The translations under genes were made by a program, and so were the position numbers. 17,056 bases of DNA, from the NCBI GenBank assembly GCA_037969075.1, contig JBBKWS010000187.1, forward strand, positions 1-17,056. The letters are read 5' to 3'. This DNA is from Bdellovibrionales bacterium (GTDB lineage Bacteria > Bdellovibrionota > Bdellovibrionia > Bdellovibrionales > UBA840). The notes beneath the pieces are model-generated. The model had not been told where the DNA came from. It was given only the letters and a program-made list of their open reading frames with translations, and ran no database searches. How positions within the stretch are numbered: position 1 is the first letter of the stretch; each line of letters begins with the position of its first letter. Shown piece by piece: positions 17,026 through 17,056 of the stretch.

Positions 17026-17056
17026 TCGATTCTTCGTGGTACAAAAAGCCAGAGAG
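17022..17056 (+). CDS. 5' end of next gene ([11 protein letters not shown]...), product unknown, truncated by window edge
   Basis: ATGA overlap with the uvrA stop, SD GGAGG at 17010-17014, and frame open to the end of the window. Confidence 0.6.
   Translation, partial: MIDSSWYKKPE

Noticed and set aside
1..17056. CRISPR arrays, tRNA/rRNA, IS elements, frameshifted pseudogenes
   Set aside because: Intergenic gaps are 230 nt or less with no repeat-spacer pattern or cloverleaf, and all main ORFs have intact motifs.

Overview
AT-rich bacterial chromosomal window of mostly housekeeping genes. Gene content and order suggest a Bdellovibrionota or deltaproteobacterium-like host (inference). It starts with the end of a split F0 ATP synthase operon (atpB 3' end, atpE, intrinsic terminator). 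An accessory block follows: a structured intergenic element, a small secreted 4-Cys protein, a subtilisin S8 protease with a Cys-TM-basic C-terminal tail, an unknown lipoprotein and a 1208-aa SNF2 ATPase. A long + strand run then carries etfB, etfA, a DUF374 acyltransferase, three tandem parvulin/SurA-type foldases, pdxA, PMM/PGM, uvrA and the first codons of another gene. I found no rRNA, tRNA, CRISPR array or mobile element, and no multi-gene system I can confidently call new. The best leads are: (1) an 82-nt rod-like fold-back with a hidden 22-codon ORF upstream of the small Cys protein; (2) a terminator-like hairpin whose loop holds the start codon of the second foldase; (3) a UvrA whose insertion domain is replaced by a short acidic loop; (4) the protease sorting tail.
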